Shown: positions 36,212-46,343 of the stretch, piece after piece
Layout: the number at the start of each line of letters is the position of its first letter
Position numbering within the stretch: position 1 is the stretch's first letter
Assembly: GCA_024653945.1 (NCBI GenBank)
Contig: JANLIT010000004.1
Location: forward strand, 13,281 to 77,280
Length of the DNA stretch: 64,000 nt
From: Candidatus Campbellbacteria bacterium
GTDB taxonomy: Bacteria; Patescibacteriota; Minisyncoccia; Phycocordibacterales; EsbW-18
Direction of reading: 5' to 3'
Position numbers and translations under genes: made by a program
Notes under the pieces: generated by a model
Told to the model about the DNA's origin: nothing
The model's database searches: none
The model's input: the letters and a program-made list of their open reading frames with translations, nothing else

Positions 36212-36387
36212 CTTTCGGTAGAAAGTCCTGCAAACTAGAGCGCACGGCGGTGCGCACCGCACCAGCAAGCCGTACCTGGTTCGCGCGAAGTGCGATACGG
36301 CTTACTGGGTGGACTACGAGTACTTAGAATTTTACAAGTGTAGCGAAGTAAAATACTTAGTAACTTGTGACGACTTTCACACATATT
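36212..36387 (+). repeat. TLE downstream of tRNA-Lys, extending to the start of tRNA-Leu(TAG)
   Basis: 13-nt copy of the tRNA-Lys 3' end tactgggtggact at 36304-36316; hairpin GCGCAC-GGCG-GTGCGC; core GAGTACTTAGAATTTT...AATACTTAGTAACTTGTGACGA matches the Trp, Gly and Glu copies. Confidence 0.55.
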
Positions 36388-36472
36388 GGGCGAGTGGCGA
36401 AATTGGTAGACGCGCTAGCCTTAGGAGCTAGTGTCGCAAGACTTGGAGGTTCGAGTCCTCTCTCGCCCACCA
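36388..36472 (+). tRNA. tRNA-Leu(TAG), type II, CCA encoded
   Basis: Acceptor GGGCGAG/CTCGCCC; anticodon loop CTTAGGA; long variable arm; T-arm GGAGGTTCGAGTCCTCT; terminal CCA present. Confidence 0.85.
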
Positions 36473-36475
36473 AAC

Positions 36476-36515
36476 AAACAGGAGGGATGCGAAGCATTCT
36501 TCCTGTTTTTGTTTT
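36476..36515 (+). terminator. rho-independent terminator after the tRNA pair
   Basis: aacaggag...ttcctgtt hairpin followed by TTTTTGTTTTG. Confidence 0.65.
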
Positions 36516-36577
36516 GTAGGTAACGAGAGGGGGCTCGAAATACGGCCCTACAAAGCCCTATTTTATGCATTCGTAGC

Positions 36578-36605
36578 TTGACAATCCTATTGTTTGTGAT
36601 ATACT
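36578..36605 (+). promoter_or_regulatory. sigma70-like promoter (TTGACA-N16-TATACT with an extended -10 TG)
   Basis: ttgaca at 36578-36583 and tatact at 36600-36605; about 100-nt leader with an AAAGGAG RBS before the ATG at 36709. Confidence 0.55.
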
Positions 36606-36708
36606 GTGTCTCGGCAGTTCTTTGACATCATGAATTTGGAAATTCATCTCGCAAGGGATTGAATATATCAGAAAACAAACAACCTCACTCTCTCGAAAGG
36701 AGAACACC

Positions 36709-37560
36709 ATGGCTATCATCCGCACGGGCTTCGTGATGGAGCTCTTTGAGGCAGTCGCCGCCCGCTTGGGCGTCGACTGGTTGGTCGACAAGGGAAAGAA
36801 GTCAACCACCGAAACTCCATCAGCCACACAAGCAAGTGACCAGAAAGAAGACCGCATGGACTGGCACTTGCTCATCAACAACGACAGTGTATTGCCCTTG
36901 AAGAATCGGAAGATTCTTCATGAGGCAGTCGAGAAGTTGTCGCCAGACGACCGTGATCGTGCCGAGCAAGCTATCGGCAAGGTCCTCTCGGATGGGCGTG
37001 ATGGCTTCTTCAAGGCGCGGTCCGTTGTCACCATGACACAGAAGAGTTCCGAATCCCGTAAGGGGGACGACTCGAAAACCGTCAAGGAGACGACTGAGTC
37101 GTCGAAGTCAGGTGTGGCAAAGACAGTGAAAGAAACGACCGAGTCCCACAAAGGAGGCGACTCGAAGTCAGCACGTGAGCCAGTGACTCGGGAAGTATAT
37201 CCGAAAGGTTTTGAACCCGAGAGTCTCACCGTTGAGTTCCTCAGGAGCTCAACAAACTCACTAGAGGCGGCCGATCTGTTCCTCGCGATGCTTCTCCAGA
37301 AGTCTCGCACCCAGCAGGCACGAGAAGCTGCTAAGAAAGCGCTCGATCAGGTTGAGAAGTTTGTTGGGAACAAGCTCTGGTGGTTCTTCGGAACGTACCT
37401 TGCTCTTCTCATCATCTCTCTCGTCGGCTGGGTTGTCTGCTTCAGCGCAGTCATCACCAGCCCCGAAGCATTCTCCACGTTCATGTGGGGTCTCGTGTGG
37501 TTCGCCCTCTTCGTCGCTCTCTCGACGCCAATCGCAAAACTTCTACTTCCCAAAGAGTAA
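36709..37560 (+). CDS. hypothetical membrane protein with internal repeats (high-GC segment)
   Basis: Repeats DSKTVKETTESSKSG/VAKTVKETTESHKGG; two C-terminal TM helices; GC clearly above the window average. Confidence 0.45.
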   Translation: MAIIRTGFVMELFEAVAARLGVDWLVDKGKKSTTETPSATQASDQKEDRMDWHLLINNDSVLPLKNRKILHEAVEKLSPDDRDRAEQAIGKVLSDGRDGFFKARSVVTMTQKSSESRKGDDSKTVKETTESSKSGVAKTVKETTESHKGGDSKSAREPVTREVYPKGFEPESLTVEFLRSSTNSLEAADLFLAMLLQKSRTQQAREAAKKALDQVEKFVGNKLWWFFGTYLALLIISLVGWVVCFSAVITSPEAFSTFMWGLVWFALFVALSTPIAKLLLPKE

Positions 37561-37570
37561 GGAGTAGGTC

Positions 37571-38431
37571 ATGAACGAAAAAGATTTGCCGAAAATCATC
37601 GGCGCACTCCTCTCAGGAGTAGTCCTCTTTATCCTCATGACGTACATGGGGGTAACGAACGGTTTTCTGAAGATTCTTGTTGTTGTACTTCTCCTCCTGT
37701 CGTTTTTCAGCGACAGGTTTGGAAATGCTGGCAAGAAGTTGCGTACCATCTTCAGCATCGCGACGGCTGTTGTGTTTCTCCTTTCGTGGGGATACACTGC
37801 AGCAACTGCAACATGGGGAAAGCACGAGCTCCAGGTGGCCATGCCACGTGAAATCTTTAACTCGGAGAGTCCTCTGCCGAAAGCAGGAGAAAATCCGACT
37901 ACGGGTGCCACATCGAAATTCATCCGTCTTCCCGACGGAACGCTCAAGCCCGTTCCACTTTCGTGGAAACGCGACCAGCGAACGGGGTTGGAGATCCCAA
38001 ATCCTGGGACCGTCGAGTACTGGAACCAACTCAACGAGTACAACGCTCAGGAAGCCCGCAAGACCACCACTCCGGTAGAGTACCGGTTTTGCTGGAGCAA
38101 GCCGAAGGAGGTCAAAGGTTACCGTCCAGACCTCCGACAGAAGTGTCTCCCTATGCGAATCAACGCATGGAGCGGTGGGTACATCAACATCTCCGTCTTC
38201 CACCTCTCAGGAGGTGAAACGAAGGAGCAGGTGTACTCCATGAATCGGCCCGAAGGGACCGGCACATGGAAGAACACCGACGGAAGTGGCGGACACGGGG
38301 TGTGGGAAGAGCTTCCCCTCCCAGAAGGAACCAACACAAAGATGTTGGGAAGACTCAAAGATGAGACCCAGAAGGACGACGGGTGGTTCAGTTTTGTCAT
38401 CACCCCAAAGTCCACCACCCCAAGTTCATGA
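37571..38431 (+). CDS. hypothetical membrane-anchored protein (high-GC segment)
   Basis: N-terminal TM helices followed by a soluble domain; same GC-rich composition as the upstream gene. Confidence 0.45.
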   Translation: MNEKDLPKIIGALLSGVVLFILMTYMGVTNGFLKILVVVLLLLSFFSDRFGNAGKKLRTIFSIATAVVFLLSWGYTAATATWGKHELQVAMPREIFNSESPLPKAGENPTTGATSKFIRLPDGTLKPVPLSWKRDQRTGLEIPNPGTVEYWNQLNEYNAQEARKTTTPVEYRFCWSKPKEVKGYRPDLRQKCLPMRINAWSGGYINISVFHLSGGETKEQVYSMNRPEGTGTWKNTDGSGGHGVWEELPLPEGTNTKMLGRLKDETQKDDGWFSFVITPKSTTPSS

Positions 38432-38521
38432 TGTGCATAGTGACGTTGGTGGTCCTCACAGACCACCAACGTCGAAGGGCGCCCCTCGCGGGACGCCCTT
38501 TTCTTATACACTATCCATTTT

Positions 38522-38815
38522 TTATATTGGCGCTGTTACGGTTGGTGTAATCGCAGCTGGTGGATTTGGATTTGTAGCACCAATGGTACCTGTAATAATC
38601 TTAATGATCCCAAATACTGAAATCATAATGACCATCCCAAGAATTCCCCACAGCATATTCCGCCTCCCTTTTGCCTTACCATCATCACTTTCCGAATCAC
38701 GGATTGATTCAACAATTCCCCAGAAAAATATGACAAAAGCAACAGCAAAAAGAAGAAGGATAATCGGCTTAAGAATCACCGTATATCCAGTTGCAAGAAA
38801 AGTCTGGAGTGACAT
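38522..38815 (-). CDS. VirB2/TrbC-like T4SS pilin family small protein (1 of 6 tandem paralogs)
   Basis: About 100 aa; two hydrophobic helices separated by a short acidic/basic loop; Thr/Pro-rich tail. Confidence 0.5.
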   Translation of the reverse strand: MSLQTFLATGYTVILKPIILLLFAVAFVIFFWGIVESIRDSESDDGKAKGRRNMLWGILGMVIMISVFGIIKIITGTIGATNPNPPAAITPTVTAPI

Positions 38816-38827
38816 ACGGACTTACTT

Positions 38828-39172
38828 TTATTGAACGCCAGGTACTGGCAAATTACCACCTGTCGTAACTCCAACCTGAGCGGCAATGAAGTTAATAATA
38901 CCGACGATTGCAACCATCACGAAAAGCGCAATGATACCTCCAATCATAAGACCCTTGCCTTTCTTTCGAGCCTCATCATCATCTGAATTCATGATGAACT
39001 TAATCAACCCCCAGAAGAATACAAGGAGGGCCAAACCAATAACAATAGGCGTTGCGGTGTCAATCAATCTTCCAATTGCGGTAAGAATATTTGAAACACC
39101 ACCCAACTGTGCAAATGCAAACAATGGTGTGAATGCAGATGCGATAGCGAGACCTTGTAGAACTTTTTTCAT
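38828..39172 (-). CDS. VirB2/TrbC-like pilin family protein (2 of 6)
   Basis: Signal peptide ...LFAFAQ; two TM helices with loop NSDDDEARKKGKG. Confidence 0.55.
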   Translation of the reverse strand: MKKVLQGLAIASAFTPLFAFAQLGGVSNILTAIGRLIDTATPIVIGLALLVFFWGLIKFIMNSDDDEARKKGKGLMIGGIIALFVMVAIVGIINFIAAQVGVTTGGNLPVPGVQ

Positions 39173-39263
39173 ACGTAGTGTGTAATTACTTTTAATATAA
39201 TGCTAACAACTTAATACTATCACCAACATACCCGAGAAACTAGATACTCTGTCCCCAAAACCG

Positions 39264-39608
39264 TTACAGAGTTACCTTGGGAGGAGTGAACGGACCGTCT
39301 ACTGGGCTAAGACCGAGAGATGACCTAATAAATGCGACTAACCCAACGACTGAAAATAATACGAATAACGCTATCACCCCGTATATCATAATACTTTTCC
39401 CTTCCTTGGCCTTGTCCGCATCACCAGCACTGGTAAGATACTTTACAATTCCCCACATAAACACAAGAAGAGCGAGCGAGGCAATTATTGGGATAAGCCA
39501 ACCAACCCACACCCCCAAACTGGTTATAACACTCCCAACACTCTGTGCAAACACAAACAACGGCGAGAGTACAAGCACTGCAACAAGCGATGATATATAT
39601 CTACGCAT
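39264..39608 (-). CDS. VirB2/TrbC-like pilin family protein (3 of 6)
   Basis: Signal peptide ...VFAQS; loop TSAGDADKAKEGKS between two TM helices. Confidence 0.55.
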   Translation of the reverse strand: MRRYISSLVAVLVLSPLFVFAQSVGSVITSLGVWVGWLIPIIASLALLVFMWGIVKYLTSAGDADKAKEGKSIMIYGVIALFVLFSVVGLVAFIRSSLGLSPVDGPFTPPKVTL

Positions 39609-39628
39609 AATGATTAAATTAATGACAA

Positions 39629-39925
39629 TTAAAATATTGACCTATAAAGCAGTTGCACAATTCCCCAGAACGAAAAAAGAATAAAGAGTGCGAGGATTCC
39701 ATACGTCATAATACTTTTACCTTCTTGTGCTTTTGCTTCATCACCGGCATTGCGTATGTATTTTACAATACCCCATATAAAGAATAGCACCGCAAGCCCT
39801 GTGAGCAAAGCAAGAATGGGATTAAGAAGTCCTGTGAAGAGTCCAATCAAACCAGCCAAATCTGTAACGGCAAAAGAAACCAGTGGCGCAAAAACAAGTG
39901 TGAGAAGTAGCAGTATTTTTTTCAT
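39629..39925 (-). CDS. VirB2/TrbC-like pilin family protein (4 of 6)
   Basis: Signal peptide ...VSFAVT; loop RNAGDEAKAQEGKS; close paralog of copy 3. Confidence 0.55.
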   Translation of the reverse strand: MKKILLLLTLVFAPLVSFAVTDLAGLIGLFTGLLNPILALLTGLAVLFFIWGIVKYIRNAGDEAKAQEGKSIMTYGILALFILFSFWGIVQLLYRSIF

Positions 39926-40338
39926 ACAATATCTTGTTGGGTTGTTGGCGCATCTCTGTGGCCAAGTTGAGTAACGGTATTTTTAATAACATCTGAAAGA
40001 ATTTGTGCACCAAGAAGAACTGCCGCGCCAACAACCGTCCAGAGAAAAGTATTTTTTGCATCCGTAATTCCCTTTGGGTCCCCTCGCGCTTTCACAAACA
40101 AAAATCCTGAATAAATGAGGAAAAAGACGATGACAAAGTAACCAATATCTTTAACCGCTGTGACAATAATAGTGATGAGTGCAGGAATACTGGTTACATT
40201 ATTAAGTGGGTTCTCGATGGTACTACCTTCACCGCCCACTTGTGCAAAAATGACCATAGGAACCACAAAAACAAACAGTGCCAGAGCGAGAGACACAACC
40301 GCACGTATCTTTTTATTTTTTTGAAAAAATGTGTTCAT
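39922..40338 (-). CDS. VirB2/TrbC-like pilin family protein (5 of 6)
   Basis: Signal peptide ...IFAQV; two TM helices; loop KARGDPKGITDAKN. Confidence 0.5.
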   Translation of the reverse strand: MNTFFQKNKKIRAVVSLALALFVFVVPMVIFAQVGGEGSTIENPLNNVTSIPALITIIVTAVKDIGYFVIVFFLIYSGFLFVKARGDPKGITDAKNTFLWTVVGAAVLLGAQILSDVIKNTVTQLGHRDAPTTQQDIV

Positions 40339-40340
40339 AG

Positions 40341-40796
40341 TTATGGTTGTCTAAATGGATTTGCTGACCACCCCCTTCCTGTTAGCACATTTGTTATTAA
40401 ATCAATAATCAAAAATCCTGCAAGTGCAATAATAAGCCCAAAGAAGACATTTTTAAATATTTCATGAGCTTTTGATATCTTGCCCATATCCCCCGCCGCC
40501 GTGAGATACAAAATACCCGCCCACGCAAATAGTGCCGCCGAAATCGGAAGTGCAACCGTATAGAGGAGAAAGTTAATGACATTATTAACGAGAAGAACGA
40601 GGTCATTGAACGTGCAGGCGGTCTGGGGTGGTGGCCCACCACAAGGAACAATCGCTGCAAAAGATACCAGAGGAACGAGCACTACCGCCAAAGAAAGGCC
40701 GAAGGCCACCGTCTTTCGTTTCTGTTCTTGTGTCATATAGCCATTGTATGCCCTTATCAGAAAAAAGTTATCCCCACCCACATTTTTCGTCTTCAT
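40341..40796 (-). CDS. VirB2/TrbC-like pilin family protein (6 of 6)
   Basis: Signal peptide ...VSFAAIV; two TM helices; loop AAGDMGKISKAHE. Confidence 0.5.
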   Translation of the reverse strand: MKTKNVGGDNFFLIRAYNGYMTQEQKRKTVAFGLSLAVVLVPLVSFAAIVPCGGPPPQTACTFNDLVLLVNNVINFLLYTVALPISAALFAWAGILYLTAAGDMGKISKAHEIFKNVFFGLIIALAGFLIIDLITNVLTGRGWSANPFRQP

Positions 40797-40799
40797 TTG

Positions 40800-42095
40800 C
40801 TATTCTAATAGCTGGCTCATCCGTCCATTTGCCTGACTTACCGCCTGACTTATTGATACTCGCCCCGACGTTACATCTTCAATGAGTGTACTAAAGAGTG
40901 CGTTCGTTTGAACGGGGTCTGGGTCATAAAATCCTCTTGAGATAAGTGCATCATTATAAAATACTGCCTTGTATGGGTCGGTCGGCACTTGTGAGAGAGC
41001 GTCGCGACGTGCTGGCGGAAGTCCGAGTATGTCAAGAAAAAATGGAGACATCTCTTTACTTGTCAGAATTGTTGCGGCTTGAAATGCATTTGCCTTCGTT
41101 GGTGATTGGTTGAGAATTGCAATCGCATATATGGTGCCGAACGTACTTTTTTGAACAGCGTCACGAACCTGTGGCATGCGCGTCACATCAAAATTAAGAT
41201 TTGGGTTTTGTTCTCGTATACCAAAAAGCTCACCAGAAAAACCGAGGTACATAGCAAGATCACCCCTTACAAATAAATCCTTTGAGGCAATCAAGGAACG
41301 ATTCCATGAGTATGACGGCTTTACTGGATTTGCAAACTCAGTATAAAAGCGGAGGGCTGAATCTGCAGGAACTTCGGAAAGACCAAATCGTTCGCTGATA
41401 CTGCTCATCACGCCGTTTTCTGTGCGTATTGTAATCGGATTACCAGCCTGCATCATCATAAGTGCGAGAATCTCTTTTGCATGATTGACATTGCGATATT
41501 CTCCGAGCGCTATGGCACTTTGTAATACATTATGTGCTGTATCTGATTTTGTGAGCTTCGGCACAAGGGCTGTTATTTCTTCCCACAACAATGGTGGTTG
41601 GGCTATGCCCGCAGCATTAAAGAGTGTCCTGTTCCAATAGAGCACCATAGGGTCAACGGCAAGCGGAAAGGCAAGAATACCGTCCGTACCAACAAACAAC
41701 TCGGCACCCTCAATAAAAGTATCCCTAAATGTTCGCTCGGGAAGATTTTGAAAAGGAATCGGATAGATTTTCTTTTCGTGCTTGAGGAGTCGTTCTTGAG
41801 AAAGAATAATCGCATCGGGGCCTCGGTTTTCTGCAAGAGCTTCTGTTAGTTTTGCATCAAATGCTTCTTCAGAAAATTGTGTGTAGGTAATCGTGAGAAT
41901 ATTGTCATTTTTTTCATTAAAAAGTTGTACGGCTTTATCAATCATGTTTTTATCAAGCGTTCCCCACAAAACTGCCTGCGCAGGAACATCTCCCGAACCT
42001 GACGAGCCAAACTTACCATACGATGCCACCGCAATAACTCCGGCAATAATAAAAAATCCAAAAATAACGAGAATAATTGTTGGAAATGATTTCAT
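40800..42095 (-). CDS. membrane-anchored extracellular solute-binding protein (ABC transporter SBP family 1-like)
   Basis: N-terminal TM anchor; SBP_bac_1-like fold. Confidence 0.5.
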   Translation of the reverse strand: MKSFPTIILVIFGFFIIAGVIAVASYGKFGSSGSGDVPAQAVLWGTLDKNMIDKAVQLFNEKNDNILTITYTQFSEEAFDAKLTEALAENRGPDAIILSQERLLKHEKKIYPIPFQNLPERTFRDTFIEGAELFVGTDGILAFPLAVDPMVLYWNRTLFNAAGIAQPPLLWEEITALVPKLTKSDTAHNVLQSAIALGEYRNVNHAKEILALMMMQAGNPITIRTENGVMSSISERFGLSEVPADSALRFYTEFANPVKPSYSWNRSLIASKDLFVRGDLAMYLGFSGELFGIREQNPNLNFDVTRMPQVRDAVQKSTFGTIYAIAILNQSPTKANAFQAATILTSKEMSPFFLDILGLPPARRDALSQVPTDPYKAVFYNDALISRGFYDPDPVQTNALFSTLIEDVTSGRVSISQAVSQANGRMSQLLE

Positions 42096-42149
42096 ATAAA
42101 GTGGGGGTTGGAAGTTAGATGTTGGATGTTGGAGGTTGGTTTTAGTTTG

Positions 42150-42215
42150 GTCTTTGTTATTTTTCTTTCTACATACTACTTTCTACATACTACTTTCTGC
42201 TTACTACTTTCTGCT
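42150..42215. repeat. tandem 15-bp repeats (ctacatactactttc x2, then tgcttactactttc x2), intergenic
   Basis: Direct reading of ctacatactactttctacatactactttctgcttactactttctgcttactac. Confidence 0.7.
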
Positions 42216-42217
42216 TA

Positions 42218-42757
42218 CTACTTATTTTCTTTCGGCTTTCTTAAAAGCATACCGTAGTGGTGTGTTCCTGCATCAATGTCTTTTTCAAAAACAAACCCCG
42301 CACTTTCAGCGAGCGTTTGGGCGGTGTGACGTTTGAGCACAGATGTAGCATGAGGTCCCATACCTCCGTACGAATCACTCCAGTCAACAATGAGCGCCTT
42401 TCCATCAGCACGTAGAATACGGAACATCTCCTTTAAAAAACGCTCCTTGTGCTCTATTTGAAACAAGATATTGGTGGCCATAACTGCGTGCACTGATGCA
42501 TCCGCGAGTGTTGTTCCCCGCTCTTCTTCAAGATCAGTCCACATGGTGTGTACATTCAAAAGGCCTTCCTGCTGTGCTTCTTTGTGCACTTTTTGTATGA
42601 GCTCTTTCTGAAGATCGCACGCATACACTACCCCCGTTTCACCAACGTGGCGCGCAGCAAGAAACGTGAAATCCCCGGCACCAACGCCGAGGTCTGCAAC
42701 ATGCATTCCTTCACCGAGTTGAAACTGCTCAATAATTTTTTCAGGGTGTGCAAACAT
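42218..42757 (-). CDS. class I SAM-dependent methyltransferase (type 11-like)
   Basis: Motif I VADLGVGAGDF; ILRADGKALIVDW. Confidence 0.65.
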   Translation of the reverse strand: MFAHPEKIIEQFQLGEGMHVADLGVGAGDFTFLAARHVGETGVVYACDLQKELIQKVHKEAQQEGLLNVHTMWTDLEEERGTTLADASVHAVMATNILFQIEHKERFLKEMFRILRADGKALIVDWSDSYGGMGPHATSVLKRHTAQTLAESAGFVFEKDIDAGTHHYGMLLRKPKENK

Positions 42758-42851
42758 ATACCACTATTGTAAAGCACCACTAACCAAGCACCAAATGATA
42801 AGTGGAACAATCGAAAAAACCCACAAAAAATTCTTACTACTTACTTCTACC

Positions 42852-45323
42852 CTACAAGCAGACAAATGATGCGATAGAATCTCCCTCACGAAGCTTCATA
42901 ATACGAACACCTTGTGTCACGCGTCCAAGAAGTGAGATTTCAGAAAGTGCTACCCGAATAACCTGTCCTTTTTGGGAAATGACCACAAGTTCACCTTCTT
43001 CAGATGACACAATCTGAGACGCCATCACCTTACCCGTTTTTGCGGTTACATTCGCCGTTTTTACACCCCCACCTCCTCGTTTTTGAGTTTTATACTCATC
43101 TATTGCTGTTCGCTTTCCGTATCCGTTTGAAAGGAGAATAAGTAGTGCTGAGTCGGCGTCTTCTTTCTTCACAACACTCGTGCCCACAATAACGTCTTTT
43201 GCTGACAGACGCATTGCCCGAACACCTCCGGCAGTACGTCCCATGGCTCGAATATCTGTTTCTTTGAAACGAATTGATTGACCACTTTGAGAAACGAGCA
43301 ATGTTTCATCTCCAGGATTTACAAGAACGGCAGCAATGAGTTCATCATTTGCGTCCAGTGAAATCGCAATAATACCACTACGGCGTACATCGTGGAAATT
43401 GGCAACTGCAACCTTTTTTGCAACACCGCGACGAGTCACCATCATAACACCACCTTTTGACTCTTTTGAAATTTTTGACAGCGGAAGAATGGATGTCACG
43501 CGCTCTCCGTCTGAAAGCTGTAGGAAGTTCATCACCGACTTTCCTTTCGTTGCGCGCTTTCCTTCTGGAAGTTCGTACATCTTCAATTGGTACACCTTTC
43601 CTTTGTCCGTAAAGAACAGGAGGTCGTCGTGTGTATGTGCACCAACAAGCATGGTAACAAAATCTTCTTCTTTGGTATCCAAATCGATCACTCCAACACC
43701 ACCACGCTTTTGTGCCTTGTATTCACTTGGATTCGTGCGCTTGATGTACCCGCCAGCAGTAAATACCACAACGTTTTCTTCGTTGGGAATTAAATCTTCA
43801 GCAGAAAGATTTTCAACGCCCCCTCGAACCACTTTTGTTCTTCGGTCATCACCGTATTTCTGCTCAATTGCAGTGAGCTCTGTCTTAATAACCTCACGCA
43901 TCTTTTTCTCACTCTTGAGAAGTGCTGTAAGTTCGGTAATAGTTTTTTGAACCTCTGCAAGCTCGTCTTCAACCTTCTTTCGTTCAAGACCAGCAAGCTT
44001 TTGAAGTCGCATTTCCAAAATGGCAATCGCTTGGAGCTCTGAGAAACTGAATTTTTTCTTAAGGGATTCTTTTGCGTCAAGAGCATCTTTTGATTTCTTA
44101 ATAACCGCAATTACTTGGTCAATATGGTCGAGTGCTTTGGAGAGACCAAGGAGAATGTGCTCTCGGGCCTGTGCAACATTGAGGTCAAATTGCGTACGAC
44201 GTCGAACCACAATAAGGCGGTGTTTGACAAACTCTTCCAAAATACTCTTCAAGGAGAGCGTTTGCGGAACACCGTCCACGAGACACACGGTATTGATGTG
44301 GAACGTGTCTTCAAGCTGTGTGTGTTTGTAGAGAAAGTTGAGAATTTTTTGTGGATGTGCCCCCGTTTTGAGCTCAATCACCACACGAATATCCTTCGTT
44401 GATTCATCACGAATATCACGAATACCATCAATCTTTTTTTCTCGAACAAGGTCAGCAACTTTGACAATGAGATCCGCCTTGTTAACACGGTACGGAATTG
44501 ATGTAATTATAATTTGAAATTGACCCTTTTTCCCTTCCATAATTTCAGCTTCACCACGTGTCACAATTCCTCCCTTTCCGTTCGTGTATGCGTGCTTAAT
44601 ATCTTTTTCACCAAAAATAACCCCGCCTGTTGGAAAGTCTGGCCCTTTGACAAACGAGAGGAGGTCGTCATTTGTTGCTTCTGGGTTATCGGCAAGATGC
44701 ACCGTTGCGTGGACAACTTCACGGAGGTTGTGTGGAGGAATGTTTGTTGCCATACCAACAGCAATACCAAGCGTGCCGTTTAAAAGAAGTCCTGGGACAG
44801 ACGCCGGAAACACTACTGGCTCTTTGTATCGTCCGTCATAGTTTGGTCGCCAATCAACCGTATCTTTTTCAAGGTCTTGCATGAGCTCAAATGCCACGCG
44901 CGACATTCGTGCTTCGGTGTATCGCATCGCGGCTGGAGGGTCTCCATCAATTGAACCAAAGTTTCCCTGACCAATAACGAGCGGGTAGCGGTACGAAAAT
45001 AGTTGCGCCATGTTCACCATCGCATCGTACACAGACGCATCTCCGTGCGGGTGGTATTTTCCAAGCACTTCACCAACGACAGCGGCTGATTTTCGTGGCT
45101 TTGCTGTTGGAAGCAACCGCATGCCATACATGGCGTATAAAATTCTGCGATGCACTGGTTTAAGCCCATCTCGAACATCCGGCAACGCGCGCATTGTGAT
45201 AACCGACATCGCATAGTCCAAATACGCCTCCTTCATTTCGGCAGAAATGCTACGAGAAACAATCCCTGATTCGGAGCGATCTGGCACTATATTTTCATCT
45301 TCTTTTGGTGTTTTGGAAGCCAT
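42852..45323 (-). CDS. gyrA: DNA gyrase subunit A
   Basis: [28 protein letters not shown]; active-site Tyr region; C-terminal beta-pinwheel repeats. Confidence 0.9.
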   Translation of the reverse strand: MASKTPKEDENIVPDRSESGIVSRSISAEMKEAYLDYAMSVITMRALPDVRDGLKPVHRRILYAMYGMRLLPTAKPRKSAAVVGEVLGKYHPHGDASVYDAMVNMAQLFSYRYPLVIGQGNFGSIDGDPPAAMRYTEARMSRVAFELMQDLEKDTVDWRPNYDGRYKEPVVFPASVPGLLLNGTLGIAVGMATNIPPHNLREVVHATVHLADNPEATNDDLLSFVKGPDFPTGGVIFGEKDIKHAYTNGKGGIVTRGEAEIMEGKKGQFQIIITSIPYRVNKADLIVKVADLVREKKIDGIRDIRDESTKDIRVVIELKTGAHPQKILNFLYKHTQLEDTFHINTVCLVDGVPQTLSLKSILEEFVKHRLIVVRRRTQFDLNVAQAREHILLGLSKALDHIDQVIAVIKKSKDALDAKESLKKKFSFSELQAIAILEMRLQKLAGLERKKVEDELAEVQKTITELTALLKSEKKMREVIKTELTAIEQKYGDDRRTKVVRGGVENLSAEDLIPNEENVVVFTAGGYIKRTNPSEYKAQKRGGVGVIDLDTKEEDFVTMLVGAHTHDDLLFFTDKGKVYQLKMYELPEGKRATKGKSVMNFLQLSDGERVTSILPLSKISKESKGGVMMVTRRGVAKKVAVANFHDVRRSGIIAISLDANDELIAAVLVNPGDETLLVSQSGQSIRFKETDIRAMGRTAGGVRAMRLSAKDVIVGTSVVKKEDADSALLILLSNGYGKRTAIDEYKTQKRGGGGVKTANVTAKTGKVMASQIVSSEEGELVVISQKGQVIRVALSEISLLGRVTQGVRIMKLREGDSIASFVCL

Positions 45324-45401
45324 GAAATACTACATTTTTACCCTATCATTATACACCAAAAAGACCCACAAATAAAGGGGATTTCTTCGCTTTTGGGTGT
45401 T

Positions 45402-45653
45402 TTAAAATGAGTTCTGCACGGTGCTTTTGAGCGAGTCCCAAAGAGAGGAAAATGTTTCTTTGGAGCTATTCAGTGGGGAAACTTTTTCTGAAATAACGGT
45501 GTCTGCGGGAGAGGAAATTTGATTGAGGTGTGCAAAAAATGAGACAAACCAAATACCAAAAATACACACCGTTATCCAAAAGGCAATCCACAATGCTATG
45601 GTACGACGTTCGTGTTCTGGGCGCTGTTGAATCTTTTGTAATAACGTAAACAT
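45402..45653 (-). CDS. hypothetical small membrane protein
   Basis: ORF with one TM segment. Confidence 0.3.
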   Translation of the reverse strand: MFTLLQKIQQRPEHERRTIALWIAFWITVCIFGIWFVSFFAHLNQISSPADTVISEKVSPLNSSKETFSSLWDSLKSTVQNSF

Positions 45654-45665
45654 ACTGGGAATGTG

Positions 45666-46292
45666 CTACACCTGTGGAGAAAGCACAATAACCTCACCCT
45701 CTTTTTCAATCACTTCTTTTTTTCGCAAAGTTACCTTGTCTGTTGCCGAAGCCCCCGTTTCTCCCTCTTCTTTAAGAAACGCCTTGAGTGTGTCTGCTGT
45801 GTAGTGCATTGGAATCACCACATGTGGTTCAAGAGAAACGGAAAGTTTGTGAGCCGCACGCGCATCAAGAACGCCGTCTCCACCAATAGGAAGAAAGAGA
45901 ATGTCAACATCATCCAGCACTTCATACAACTCTGAAGAAAGTTGTCCATCAGAAAGTGCACCACAAAAACACATCTTCATATCTTCCAATGTAACGAGGT
46001 ACACCGTATTGAGTCTCTCTTTTCCGTCATACATACTCTTTGACGAATATCCGCGAATCACAATACCATTGAGTTCATATTCTCCTGGCCCACTGATAAC
46101 TAGAGGACTGGCATCTCCGCGTGCAACCGTTTCCGCACCATTCATATCGGGGTGGTTCACCGAAACAAGCACAACATCTGCACCGTACGATGTTGCGGTG
46201 TGTTTTGATTTCTTGGATACGGGGTTAAATGCGAGGACCGCGTCTCCAAATTGAACTTTAAATGACTCTAGTGTGTTGTACGTAATTATCAT
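45666..46292 (-). CDS. MBL-fold metallo-hydrolase
   Basis: Size and beta-lactamase-fold-like sequence; weak motif support. Confidence 0.45.
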   Translation of the reverse strand: MIITYNTLESFKVQFGDAVLAFNPVSKKSKHTATSYGADVVLVSVNHPDMNGAETVARGDASPLVISGPGEYELNGIVIRGYSSKSMYDGKERLNTVYLVTLEDMKMCFCGALSDGQLSSELYEVLDDVDILFLPIGGDGVLDARAAHKLSVSLEPHVVIPMHYTADTLKAFLKEEGETGASATDKVTLRKKEVIEKEGEVIVLSPQV

Positions 46293-46343
46293 ATGTACGC
46301 AAAGTATACCAAAAAATGCCTTCCCCGTCCTCTTATATTCATA

